64,000 nucleotides of DNA from NCBI GenBank assembly GCA_944377315.1, contig CALWEM010000011.1:1897-65896 (forward strand), given 5' to 3'. Shown piece after piece: positions 29,025 through 38,272 of the stretch. The notes beneath the pieces are model-generated. The model was not told where the DNA came from and did no database searches. It saw only the letters and a list, made by a program, of their open reading frames with translations. How positions within the stretch are numbered: position 1 is the stretch's first letter; each line of letters opens with the position of its first letter. The position numbers and the translations under genes are program-made. This DNA comes from an uncultured Clostridia bacterium (lineage in GTDB: Bacteria; Bacillota; Clostridia; Christensenellales; UBA1242).

Positions 29025-30119
29025 TCACAAAAGAGAATTGATAACAAAATCAGAAACAAGATAATATTTATCATTGAGAAAAAACCTGCCATTTTCTTCA
29101 AATAAGACACCTTTTGCGATGAAATCTAAATAGTTAGCATTTTTTTTGATATCATAGCCCAAACTTTTTAACTCTTTAACGGACACGCCAAAAAAGCATC
29201 TTAAACCCAAGAAGATTTTTTCTTCAATCGCTGTTTTTGAAGTGTTTTCATCATTGATGACAACATTATCATAATAATCGAGCAAAGAGTTGGCATTTTG
29301 TTTTCGCTTGCCATCAAGGAAGGAATGAGCAGAAGCACCAAAACCGACATAATCGCCATATATCCAATAATTTATGTTGTGCTGGCTTTCGAAACCCTTA
29401 ACAGCAAAATTGCTCACTTCATACTGCCAAAGCCCACATTTTTTCAAAGTGGTAACCAGTTTAGCATATAATTTTGCAAGTTTGTCATCGTTTGCAAGGT
29501 GAAAAGTCCCTTTTTTCACGCTGTCAAATATCGGTGTGCCTTCGTGAATTTCAAGAAGATAGGACGAAATATGTTTAACGCCCAATTTGACAAGTTTTTT
29601 GGCAAATTTATGGGTATTTTTCTCATTTTCTAATCCCAAAATCAAATCAGCAGAAACATTATCAAAAATCTTGCACGCATCTTTAACGGCACGAATTGCC
29701 ATTTTTCTGTTATGAAGTCGCCCAATTTTTTTCAAAGTCCAATCATTCAAACTTTGAACGCCAACACTGACTCTGTTCACGCCCAAATGTCGATATAACT
29801 CGAATTTCTCTTTTGTGACCGAATTTGGATTTACTTCAATCGTGATTTCAGCATTTTTTTTGATTGTGAAATTTTTGTGAAGTGCGTCAAAAATTTTTCT
29901 TATGTTTTTTTCACTCAAAATTGACGGCGTGCCACCACCAAAATATATTGTTTTCACAATTTTGTCGGTTTTGAAAGAATTAATTTCCTTCACCAAATGC
30001 TCCACATACTCATCTTGTTTTTTCTCATCAAGGCAATAAGAAACGAAAGCACAATATTTGCACTTTCTTTCGCAAAACGGAATATGAATATAGACAGAAA
30101 TTTCGTTATTCTTCATCAT
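29025..30119 (-). CDS. hemW: Radical SAM heme chaperone HemW (HemN-like)
   Basis: [16 protein letters not shown] CxxxCxxC motif and GGGTPS. Conserved position next to lepA. Confidence 0.85.
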   Translation of the reverse strand: MMKNNEISVYIHIPFCERKCKYCAFVSYCLDEKKQDEYVEHLVKEINSFKTDKIVKTIYFGGGTPSILSEKNIRKIFDALHKNFTIKKNAEITIEVNPNSVTKEKFELYRHLGVNRVSVGVQSLNDWTLKKIGRLHNRKMAIRAVKDACKIFDNVSADLILGLENEKNTHKFAKKLVKLGVKHISSYLLEIHEGTPIFDSVKKGTFHLANDDKLAKLYAKLVTTLKKCGLWQYEVSNFAVKGFESQHNINYWIYGDYVGFGASAHSFLDGKRKQNANSLLDYYDNVVINDENTSKTAIEEKIFLGLRCFFGVSVKELKSLGYDIKKNANYLDFIAKGVLFEENGRFFLNDKYYLVSDFVINSLL

Positions 30120-31914
30120 TAAGTTTCAAAATGCTCATAAAGGCTTCAGACGGGATTTCGACTGACCCGATTTTTCGCATTCTTTTTTTGCCTTCTTTTT
30201 GTTTTTCAAGGAGTTTTCTTTTTCTTGTGATATCACCACCATAACACTTTGCCAAAACATCTTTGCGAAGAGCCGAAATGGTTTCACGAGCGATAATTTT
30301 GTTGCCAATGCACGCTTGAATCGGCACTTCAAAAAGTTGGCGTGGAATGATTTTCTTTAATCGTTCAGCAAGTTCTCTGCCACGAGAATAAGCCTTGTCT
30401 TTGTGGACAATCATTGAAAGTGCATCACATTTTTCGCCGTTTAGAAGGATATCCACACGAACAAGTTCAGACGGCGAATAACCCATTGGCTCATAGTCAA
30501 AACTTGCATAGCCGTGTGTTCGCGACTTCAAACTGTCGAAAAAGTCATAGATAATCTCACCAAGCGGAAGGTCATAGTTTAGTTCCACTCTTCGTTTGTC
30601 AAGATAGGTCATATTTTTGTATATACCGCGCTTATCTTGACACAAATCCATAATTGCACCCACATAATCTGGTGGAGTGAAAATGTTGACTTTCACCATT
30701 GGTTCTTCAATTCTGTCAATTTCGACTTGTGGTGGAAGATTGGATGGATTGGAAATTTCAAGCATATCGCCATTAGTTTTATAGACATTGTAACTCACAC
30801 TTGGCGCGGTGGTGATGATGTCAAGATTAAATTCTCTTTCCAAGCGTTCTGTGATAATTTCAAGGTGCAAAAGTCCCAAAAATCCGCAACGGAAACCATA
30901 GCCCAATGCTGTGGAATTTTCTGGAGAAAATTGCAAACTTGCATCATTAAGTTTGAGTTTGTCAAGAGCGTCTTTGAGTTCGCCATACCTTGCACCGTCA
31001 ACTGGGAAAATACCACAAAAAACAACCGGTTGCACTTCTTTGTAGCCAGCAAGTGGCGTGTCAACAGGATCATCAGCAGAAGTGACCGTGTCACCCACAC
31101 GAACATCTTGAATTGTCTTGATTGAGCCGGCAATGTATCCAACATCACCTGCCGAAAGCACATCAACTTCCTTTGTCATTGGAATAAAAATGCCCACTTC
31201 TGTGACTTCAAACACTTTCTTTGTTTGCATCATCAAAATTTTGTCGCCTTTCTTAACTTTTCCGTCAAACACACGAATAAGGCAAATTGCACCTTTGAAA
31301 TTATCATAGTGGCTGTCAAAAATAAGACATTTAAGTTTCCCATTCTCATCACCTTTTGGTGCTGGAATCAACTCAATAATCGCCTTCAAAACATCTTCGA
31401 CATTTGTGCCTTCCTTGGCAGATATGCAAGGGCAATTTTCTGCAGGCAGACCAATCACATCTTCAATTTCACGCTTGACTTCATCAACTCTTGCAGATGG
31501 CAAATCAATTTTGTTTATCACAGCCACCGTTTCCAAATTGTTGTCAAGAGCAAGATATGTGTTGGCGAGCGTTTGTGCTTCCACGCCTTGAGAAGCGTCA
31601 ACAAGAAGGATTGCACCTTCACACGCAGCGAGCGAGCGTGAGACTTCATAGGTAAAATCCACGTGCCCCGGCGTGTCAATAAGGTTCAAGGTGTATTCTT
31701 CACCATTATATTCATATATAAGTCTGGTTGGAGCAAGTTTGATTGTGATACCCTTCTCTCTTTCAAGCTCCATACTATCCAAAATTTGGTCTTGCATATC
31801 GCGTTTGGAAACGGTGCCAGTAAGTTCAATAAGACGGTCAGCCAAAGTGCTTTTTCCGTGGTCAATATGTGCGATTATGCAAAAATTTCTGATGTGGTCC
31901 AATCTATTATTCAA
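30106..31914 (-). CDS. lepA: Elongation factor 4 (LepA)
   Basis: [32 protein letters not shown], and the LepA C-terminal domain. Start set at TTG 31914 behind a GCGAGG RBS. The ORF-track extension to 32004 crosses a promoter/terminator region. Confidence 0.9.
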   Translation of the reverse strand: MNNRLDHIRNFCIIAHIDHGKSTLADRLIELTGTVSKRDMQDQILDSMELEREKGITIKLAPTRLIYEYNGEEYTLNLIDTPGHVDFTYEVSRSLAACEGAILLVDASQGVEAQTLANTYLALDNNLETVAVINKIDLPSARVDEVKREIEDVIGLPAENCPCISAKEGTNVEDVLKAIIELIPAPKGDENGKLKCLIFDSHYDNFKGAICLIRVFDGKVKKGDKILMMQTKKVFEVTEVGIFIPMTKEVDVLSAGDVGYIAGSIKTIQDVRVGDTVTSADDPVDTPLAGYKEVQPVVFCGIFPVDGARYGELKDALDKLKLNDASLQFSPENSTALGYGFRCGFLGLLHLEIITERLEREFNLDIITTAPSVSYNVYKTNGDMLEISNPSNLPPQVEIDRIEEPMVKVNIFTPPDYVGAIMDLCQDKRGIYKNMTYLDKRRVELNYDLPLGEIIYDFFDSLKSRTHGYASFDYEPMGYSPSELVRVDILLNGEKCDALSMIVHKDKAYSRGRELAERLKKIIPRQLFEVPIQACIGNKIIARETISALRKDVLAKCYGGDITRKRKLLEKQKEGKKRMRKIGSVEIPSEAFMSILKLNDEE

Positions 31915-32006
31915 AATAACCTCGCTTATGAAATTATACAATAAAACCAAGATTTTTACAAACAAAAAATCAGGAATTTTCTCAAAAATCAATAAATAAT
32001 CCAAAT

Positions 32007-32043
32007 CTTCAAAAGAAAAAGGCTCGGATTTTTCCCAAGCCTT
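32007..32043 (-). terminator. Rho-independent terminator ending the lipoprotein-1 transcript, downstream of the repeat units
   Basis: Minus-strand RNA forms AAGGCUUGG-gaaaaau-CCGAGCCUU (9 bp, one G-U) followed by UUUUUCUUUU. Confidence 0.7.
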
Positions 32044-32059
32044 AAAGAGTTAAGTGTTT

Positions 32060-32257
32060 TTTTGTTGGATTGTTTGTGAGTATCTATTTTTTCTGTCGCT
32101 CAAACTCCGTTTGCTAGAATTTAAAAAGTGACACGGTCACCACACCGCGTGTGGATTTTGTTGGTTTGTTTGCGAGCAAGAATATTTCTCTCGCTCAAAC
32201 TTTACTTGGAAGAATTTAGAGAGTGACACGGTCACTCGCACGCGAGAGTTTTGATGT
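32060..32257. repeat. Two tandem units (period 96 and 93 nt) of a structured intergenic repeat; unit B overlaps the last codons and stop of lipoprotein 1
   Basis: Unit starts TTTTGTTGG at 32060 and 32156, TTTTGATGT at 32249. Conserved blocks are TTGTTTGYGAG, TCGCTCAAACT, AGAATTTARARAGTG. Hairpins lie at 32128-32140, 32140-32154, 32223-32235 and 32235-32246. Confidence 0.85.
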
Positions 32258-35200
32258 TAATGGTCACGCGAACTCCCAAAGTGTTTTCCAGCTTCATTTG
32301 CGTGCCAGTTATGCCACCCGCTGAAATCGTTTGGGCATTGTTTAGATTCGAGCCAACATCGCGTGTCCAATAGAATAGATAGCCATCCAAGATATCAGCC
32401 ATAAGGTCGGAAAACTCTGCTGACAAGTCGCCAAACACACTTTGAATTTCAATTTCATTTGACGCAATTGCTTTTGTGGTAATATTTGAGCTGGATGTTG
32501 TGCCGTTTGCCATTTTAAAATTGGTGGCCGTATATGTTTTTGAATTCAAATAATCCGATTCCATATATGACCCATTAATAATTCCACTAACATTGGTGCT
32601 GATTTGGGCATTCGCATAACCCTTACCCAAGCAATCGCTTGTCGACCAGCCGGTTTGGAAAACACTTGCAAAAACGATTTTTTCAGAAACCGCTGTCACA
32701 TTGCCACTTTCGGTTGCATAGCCGTCTTTCAAACTGGAACTACTCTGCAAAACATATCTCACCGGCTCAACTTCGTAGTATTCGCCGTTATATAGTGCAT
32801 ACTTATCACTGCCATACTTATATTCTTTCAGCGTTTGCCCAGCGATTGAGTAAGTCACACCAGTTGCCGTGCCACTCGTTTTGATATTATTTTTAAGCGT
32901 TGAATTTGTCACTTTGCTTTGTGGAAAATAGCCCATTTCCACATACCAAAGACCTTTTTCGCTATCATATCTTGCTGGGTTTTTTGGTATCCAATAAGCA
33001 TACCACATTGTGTCGCTAAGTTGAGCGTTATGTGGTGCTAATATGTTTCCATCTTCATCAATCATTTGAGTCTCAGTACCATTTTCATTTGTGTAAAATC
33101 CTCCAAAATCAAAGCCAATACGTGTTGGAACTGTTATTAAATCAATCGTTTGTGTACAACCTTCTGTTGTATACCAGTCAACATCATATTTTAAATATAA
33201 ATATGTATCATTATTTCCATTTTCATACTTTAATGTTGTTTGATAGACATAAGAATTGAAATAAATATAAACTCGCGTTATTTGAGCTGGCATAGTGAAT
33301 GTAAGTGTTGATGTTGAATTCGTCAAATTTAGTTGCGGACAGTTCATATAATTAAAATAATAACCATTTGGATAACTATTCACTTCAACAGTTATTTCTG
33401 TTCCATAGTCTTGTAATTGATAATAATCTTTATAATTATTTACTATAAGATTATTATTTGCATATAAATTAAATGTAAAACCATCAATACCATTAGTGCT
33501 ATAAGAAGCACCATTTACATTTACATTCACATCAAAGTAATACTGATTTACTGTCCATTCTGCATAAAGTGTTATGTTAGATATAATATTACCAATAATT
33601 CCACCATCATCATAATGTGTGCCTGTTCCGTCAGCTTCCGTGTTCCAGCCATTTGCAGTATGCCCTATACGATTTAATTCGTTTGTTTGCAGAGTTATTT
33701 CTCCGCCATAATGAATATATTGCTGTTCAGGGACTGTCCCATCTGTATTATTATTTCCATCATAAGAAATTGTATAACGTTCACAAACATATATAGTAAT
33801 TGTTACACTTCGTGTTGGATTCCACGAATAAGAATGTATATCCATATAACCTTCCGCAATCATGTCATAGTCAGTAGATGTGGGCACACTTCCAATTTTA
33901 AAATAATATGATACACCTGAAAATTGCCCATTTGAACTATTTGGATTTCTTAAACTAAAATTAATGGTATGAGTATTTAAATTTACATAATTTACATCAA
34001 TAGATTCACCATTTGAAATTGTATCACTAAATATAATAGAAGATTGATAATATGACATGTATAAATTTATACTATTAGAAACTGAAGTTCGAAAATTAAC
34101 TGTAAGTGTGCAGGCAGACCAATTTGCTATCATTGTTACAGAGTTTCCCATTCTCATACCCAAATTTTTAAAATATGTAGCAAGTGTGGGTGTTACACCG
34201 CCATTTTGCCACGAAGACCAAGTTGTTGAACTCATACCTTGCTTAGTAATTGTCATATTATAAGTCATAGATGTCCAACCATTAAAGTCATAACCAGTCC
34301 TAGTTGGATTTTGAATATTAACAGGAGAACCATACAAACCATAATAAGGTGTTTGAGATAAACTGCCCGAATTTAAGGTATAGGAAATTCTATATGCCGT
34401 TTCTCTTAAAAATGGATAGTTATTATTTATTCCAGTTTGTTGTAACCAAATTGTTGAACTAGTGCTTGAAGTGGCATTTTCAATATCCCAACTGGATAAA
34501 AGATTTCCATTTACATCATAAAAAATAGATGCTCCACTTCCCGTAACTTCTATGCAGCCACTATCTTTTCCATTCTCATCCCCATTCCCATTTCCATTAG
34601 TTGATGTACAATTTTCACCAAAATAACAACTTGAAACGCTTGAAGAATATTCACCAATAACTCCACCCGTCATATATCCAGAAACCGAACCAACATTAAA
34701 ACAAGAATTAATAGAACCAGCGTCTTCATTTTGACCACAAACTCCACCTATAATAGAATAACCACTTATCGTTCCTGTATTATAACAAGAAGATACTCCA
34801 CCCCCATTTTGACCAACAATTCCGCCAGCATCCATATACCCTGTAACATTGCCACGGTTAAAGCAATTATAAACTTGGGATCTATATGCACCTATTGAAT
34901 AGAGTCCCCCTACAATTCCTCCTGTCTCATAATAACCAGAAACTGAACTTGTGTTATAACATTGATACACCTGTCCACTAGCTCGATTTGTTGCATCAAC
35001 ATAACCAGCAATTCCACCTGCCGCTAAATACTGTCCACTACTAATAGTACCATCTGCATTAAAACAATTATAAATTGTGGCAGCTCTTTTTGTTTCTCCT
35101 ATAGCACCTGCATAAGCAACTATACCGCCAACATAACCATTACTTCCAGTTTTTGCAAATGAACATTCAACAAGACCTAAGTCATGTATAGTTGCACCCT

Positions 35201-35612
35201 GGGTATAACCAAAAAGCCCAACATAAGTCTCACTTGAAGTAAGATTTATGCCAGATATTATATAACCATCACCATCATAATAGCCTCTAAATGGATTAGA
35301 AGCATTTCCAATTGGAGTGTTAAAACTGGAAGCAACAATGTTTACGGTTTGTCTATAATATGATGATGTTCCAACACCACTATTAATATTACTTGCAAGT
35401 GTATATAAATCAGATGCAGATTGTATTAAATATGGCGAAGACCTTGTTCCCGAACCAGATAATTGCGCTGACACTTCATTTTGTAAGTTGTCAAATCCCC
35501 CCCCCGTATCTTCGAAGTGAGTTTGATTACAACCGGAAAATATTAAACCACCGCCGATTGTTGCAGTGGTTATAAACAAAAATGAAAAAAGACATAATAA
35601 AAACTTTTTCAT
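32232..35612 (-). CDS. Giant surface lipoprotein 1 (GLUG-like GG[IV][VA]G repeats, Listeria-Bacteroides/Flg_new-type repeats, family-specific C-terminal module)
   Basis: Signal peptide with lipobox IFSG|C. AAGGAG RBS before ATG 35612. Repeated GGIVG/GGIAG motifs. Repeats of the type GYDFNGW, GHTANGWNTEADGTG, GFDFGGFYTNENGT. C-terminus is paralogous to 51632-54228. Confidence 0.8.
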   Translation of the reverse strand: MKKFLLCLFSFLFITTATIGGGLIFSGCNQTHFEDTGGGFDNLQNEVSAQLSGSGTRSSPYLIQSASDLYTLASNINSGVGTSSYYRQTVNIVASSFNTPIGNASNPFRGYYDGDGYIISGINLTSSETYVGLFGYTQGATIHDLGLVECSFAKTGSNGYVGGIVAYAGAIGETKRAATIYNCFNADGTISSGQYLAAGGIAGYVDATNRASGQVYQCYNTSSVSGYYETGGIVGGLYSIGAYRSQVYNCFNRGNVTGYMDAGGIVGQNGGGVSSCYNTGTISGYSIIGGVCGQNEDAGSINSCFNVGSVSGYMTGGVIGEYSSSVSSCYFGENCTSTNGNGNGDENGKDSGCIEVTGSGASIFYDVNGNLLSSWDIENATSSTSSTIWLQQTGINNNYPFLRETAYRISYTLNSGSLSQTPYYGLYGSPVNIQNPTRTGYDFNGWTSMTYNMTITKQGMSSTTWSSWQNGGVTPTLATYFKNLGMRMGNSVTMIANWSACTLTVNFRTSVSNSINLYMSYYQSSIIFSDTISNGESIDVNYVNLNTHTINFSLRNPNSSNGQFSGVSYYFKIGSVPTSTDYDMIAEGYMDIHSYSWNPTRSVTITIYVCERYTISYDGNNNTDGTVPEQQYIHYGGEITLQTNELNRIGHTANGWNTEADGTGTHYDDGGIIGNIISNITLYAEWTVNQYYFDVNVNVNGASYSTNGIDGFTFNLYANNNLIVNNYKDYYQLQDYGTEITVEVNSYPNGYYFNYMNCPQLNLTNSTSTLTFTMPAQITRVYIYFNSYVYQTTLKYENGNNDTYLYLKYDVDWYTTEGCTQTIDLITVPTRIGFDFGGFYTNENGTETQMIDEDGNILAPHNAQLSDTMWYAYWIPKNPARYDSEKGLWYVEMGYFPQSKVTNSTLKNNIKTSGTATGVTYSIAGQTLKEYKYGSDKYALYNGEYYEVEPVRYVLQSSSSLKDGYATESGNVTAVSEKIVFASVFQTGWSTSDCLGKGYANAQISTNVSGIINGSYMESDYLNSKTYTATNFKMANGTTSSSNITTKAIASNEIEIQSVFGDLSAEFSDLMADILDGYLFYWTRDVGSNLNNAQTISAGGITGTQMKLENTLGVRVTINIKTLACE
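35497..35505. repeat. Homopolymer C9 (G9 on the coding strand) 107 nt into the lipoprotein-1 CDS, in frame
   Basis: Counted directly: tcaaatCCCCCCCCCgtatc. Encodes T-G-G-G. Confidence 0.95.
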
Positions 35613-35796
35613 AAAACTTTCTCCTTGTTTATTATAAGAAAAAATCACTCAAAAAAACAAACAAATTTACATAAAAAACAAAAAAATAATTAAAATTGCA
35701 AAAAATGAAAAAATTTAAACAAAAAATATATATTTAATTTTGAAAAATCGCACAATTTATGTTGTTTAATTTTGTCTAGACAAAAAATTTATTTCA

Positions 35797-35827
35797 AGAA
35801 AAGAAAAAAGTAAGAGAAAACTCTTAC
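35797..35827 (-). terminator. Rho-independent terminator of efp
   Basis: GTAAGAG-aaaa-CTCTTAC stem (35810-35827) includes the efp stop codon. A U-rich run follows on the minus strand. Confidence 0.7.
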
Positions 35828-36384
35828 TTTACTTTTTCCATATATGAGCCGTCACGAGTGTCCACTCTGATGATATCACCAATATTGACAAAAAGTGGAA
35901 CATTGATGGTGTAGCCAGTGATGAGTTTGGCTGGCTTTTTCGATGCTTTTGAAGTGTCGCCTTGGATGCCCGGTTCAGTGTCCACAACTTCAAGTTCAAC
36001 AAAAGTTGGTGGATAAACTGCGAATGGCACACCTTTATACATATACATTGTTGTGTTCATATTTTCGGTGACAAAGTTAAGAACATCAGCAACAACATCT
36101 TTATTCAATGGCATTTGTTCATAGGTTTCGTTGTCCATAAAGTAGTAAAGTTCGCCATCGTTATAAAGATATAACATTTCTTTCTTTTCAATCACTGCTT
36201 CTTGGAATTTGTCAGAAGGGTTGAAAGTGTCTTCACGCACTTGACCGGTCATCACATTTTTGATTTTTGCTCTCACAAATGGTGAGCCTTTGCCTGGTTT
36301 TACGTGCAAGAAATCGACAACATTATACACCGCTCCGTCCATTTCAAAGGTTGTTCCTTTTCTAAAATCTCCTGCTGTTACCAT
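35824..36384 (-). CDS. efp: Elongation factor P
   Basis: DFRKG..FE.DG..Y.V..F.HVKPGKG...VR.K.KN motif. Start at ATG 36384 behind AAGGAG. Confidence 0.95.
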   Translation of the reverse strand: MVTAGDFRKGTTFEMDGAVYNVVDFLHVKPGKGSPFVRAKIKNVMTGQVREDTFNPSDKFQEAVIEKKEMLYLYNDGELYYFMDNETYEQMPLNKDVVADVLNFVTENMNTTMYMYKGVPFAVYPPTFVELEVVDTEPGIQGDTSKASKKPAKLITGYTINVPLFVNIGDIIRVDTRDGSYMEKVK

Positions 36385-36496
36385 AAAAATCTCCTTAAAA
36401 TAATTTGTAAATTTCAAATTTAAGTTAGGTCAAAACAAAACTTAAATTTAAGAACTTGACAAGTCAAACGACTTTAGCGTGTTTATTATATCATAA

Positions 36497-37360
36497 TTAG
36501 TTTTGAAAATCAAGCGTTTTCAAGTAAATATCTTTCATCGTTTTGCTGTCTTCTGCCATTGTGCCATTGGACTCACAAATAATGTGGCAAGAAAGGTCAT
36601 AGTCAATCAAAATGTTCACCAAGTCTTCAAAATTTGGACCATAAGTTGTGTCATCAAAAGTCAAATGTCTGATTTCACCTTTCTCACCATATTGAATTTT
36701 TGAAAAATGAATATGTGCTTTTTTTGTTCGCTCTTCGCCCAATTTTTCAAAGGAATAATCAAAAATCCGCTTATAGTCATTGCTCGTTTTGAGTCCACCT
36801 TGCGTCAAAGCATTGATATGCCCAAAATCAAAGGTTGGAAGAAGATTTTTTGAAATTGTGCAAAGGTCGATAATTTCCTTGTATGTGCCAATTTGCATAA
36901 GTTTTCCCATTGTTTCCGGACAAAGATATTTCTCCCCCAATTCTTCTTCAAAAGTTGGCATCATTTCTTTCAAACGATTTGTCATCAAAGAAACTGCCTC
37001 TTCTCTTTTCTGCTTTCCGCAAGATGCTGGATGAAAAACCATTCGGTCGGCTTGCATATTTTTCATAAATTTGATGCCGGTTGTGATATAGCCAATGCTT
37101 TTTTGAAACATCTCATCATCTGGGTTGGCAAAATTGATGAAATATGGTGCGTGAAGCGAAAGAATGATACCTTCTTTTTTGAACTCTTCACCAATCTTAA
37201 CAGCGGTTTCGCTGTTCATTCGATACCCTTGTCCAAAACTATATTCAAAAAGGTCAAGCCCACGCTCTTTCACCCATTTTGGAGTTTCCATTGTGGATTT
37301 ATGCCCTTCATCAAAAAATGATAAACTGTTGCCCGCAGGCCCAAAAAGAATCTTTCCCAT
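36497..37360 (-). CDS. Xylose-isomerase-like TIM-barrel protein (AP endonuclease family 2 / Nfo-like)
   Basis: 287 aa. By-eye beta/alpha pattern with conserved His/Glu/Asp metal-ligand contexts (SLHAPY, VFHPA, CPETMG, FDFGH, HIHFS). Confidence 0.5.
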   Translation of the reverse strand: MGKILFGPAGNSLSFFDEGHKSTMETPKWVKERGLDLFEYSFGQGYRMNSETAVKIGEEFKKEGIILSLHAPYFINFANPDDEMFQKSIGYITTGIKFMKNMQADRMVFHPASCGKQKREEAVSLMTNRLKEMMPTFEEELGEKYLCPETMGKLMQIGTYKEIIDLCTISKNLLPTFDFGHINALTQGGLKTSNDYKRIFDYSFEKLGEERTKKAHIHFSKIQYGEKGEIRHLTFDDTTYGPNFEDLVNILIDYDLSCHIICESNGTMAEDSKTMKDIYLKTLDFQN

Positions 37361-37385
37361 ACTCCCTCACTTTATTATTCCAAAA

Positions 37386-38255
37386 TTAGAATTCACTTAA
37401 TCTCAATATCATCTTAACTTCGCCATTTTGGCATTCTCCAACACCCAAAAACTTGTCTTTAAAGAAAATTTTGTGTTTACCATCTTGGCAAATTTTTTGA
37501 ATATGTTGACCATTTTTGATTTTGAAAAATTCATCTTCCTCTAGATATATACTATCACACTCAAACAGGTCCTGGCAAGGAATAATTTGAAATTCGCCAT
37601 TTTCAATCTCATCCAAAGTGAAAGCATCTTCAATGCAGAATACACCACATCTTGTGCGTAGTATGCATTGCATACTACCATATGTGCCAAGTCGATATGC
37701 CAAATCACGACACACGCTTCTTATGTATGTTCCGCTTGAACAAGTGATGAGAAAGCGATATTTATTTTTATCAATTTTTTTCAGAATCTTGAAATCCAGA
37801 ATCTCCACTTCTTTTTCTTTAAGGTCGATTTTCTCACCTTTTCTTGCAAGTTTGTATCCCACCTGACCATTGACTTTCTTCGCGCTATATTGTGGTGGCA
37901 TTTGCATATATTTGCCAACCATAGCCCGAACTTCACGCTCCAAATCTTCGTCAGAAAATGACGCTTCTTTTGTTTTCAAAATTCTTCCAGATGTGTCCAA
38001 AGTGTCAGTTTCAAAACCAAAAACAAACTCTGTTTCATATGTCTTGTCCTTTTCAAGAAAAAAGTCAAAAAGACGAGTGGCAGAATTGATTGTCACCGGC
38101 AAAAGTCCTTCACCTTCAAGGTCAAGCGTGCCCAAATGACCACATTTTTTTGCACCCAATTTGAATTTCACAAGATTCACCACCTTGTTCGATGAAATAC
38201 CTTTTGGTTTGTTGACAAGAAGAATGCCACTTTCTTTGAACTTAAACTCTTTCAT
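37386..38255 (-). CDS. truB: tRNA pseudouridine-55 synthase TruB
   Basis: GILLVNKPKGISS, GHLGTLD catalytic Asp motif, and a PUA-like C-terminus. Start at ATG 38255. Confidence 0.9.
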   Translation of the reverse strand: MKEFKFKESGILLVNKPKGISSNKVVNLVKFKLGAKKCGHLGTLDLEGEGLLPVTINSATRLFDFFLEKDKTYETEFVFGFETDTLDTSGRILKTKEASFSDEDLEREVRAMVGKYMQMPPQYSAKKVNGQVGYKLARKGEKIDLKEKEVEILDFKILKKIDKNKYRFLITCSSGTYIRSVCRDLAYRLGTYGSMQCILRTRCGVFCIEDAFTLDEIENGEFQIIPCQDLFECDSIYLEEDEFFKIKNGQHIQKICQDGKHKIFFKDKFLGVGECQNGEVKMILRLSEF

Positions 38256-38272
38256 AAAGAAAACCCCTTGTC

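Noticed and set aside
31915-32004. N-terminal extension of lepA in the ORF track (and similar extensions for rpsP, frr, efp, rimP, nifS, the mini-PolC and others)
   Set aside because: The extensions cross recognisable promoters or terminators and lack an RBS. Internal starts with AAGGAG-type RBSs reproduce the canonical N-termini.
32060-32257. The tandem ~96-bp repeats as a CRISPR array
   Set aside because: The whole ~96-nt unit is conserved, not a short repeat alternating with unique spacers. There are only two units per locus, no cas genes in the window, and the period is too long.
32060-32257. The repeats as a DGR template/variable repeat pair for the adjacent giant surface protein
   Set aside because: There is no reverse transcriptase gene in the window. 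Only about 15 nt of a unit overlaps the CDS. Differences between units are not adenine-specific and include indels.
32060-32257. The repeats as integron attC sites (they sit at gene 3' ends, and GTTGGAT fits GTTRRRY)
   Set aside because: There is no intI integrase or attI. The flanking genes are core housekeeping genes rather than promoterless cassettes. The inverse core RYYYAAC is not matched, and unit B has GTTGGTT.
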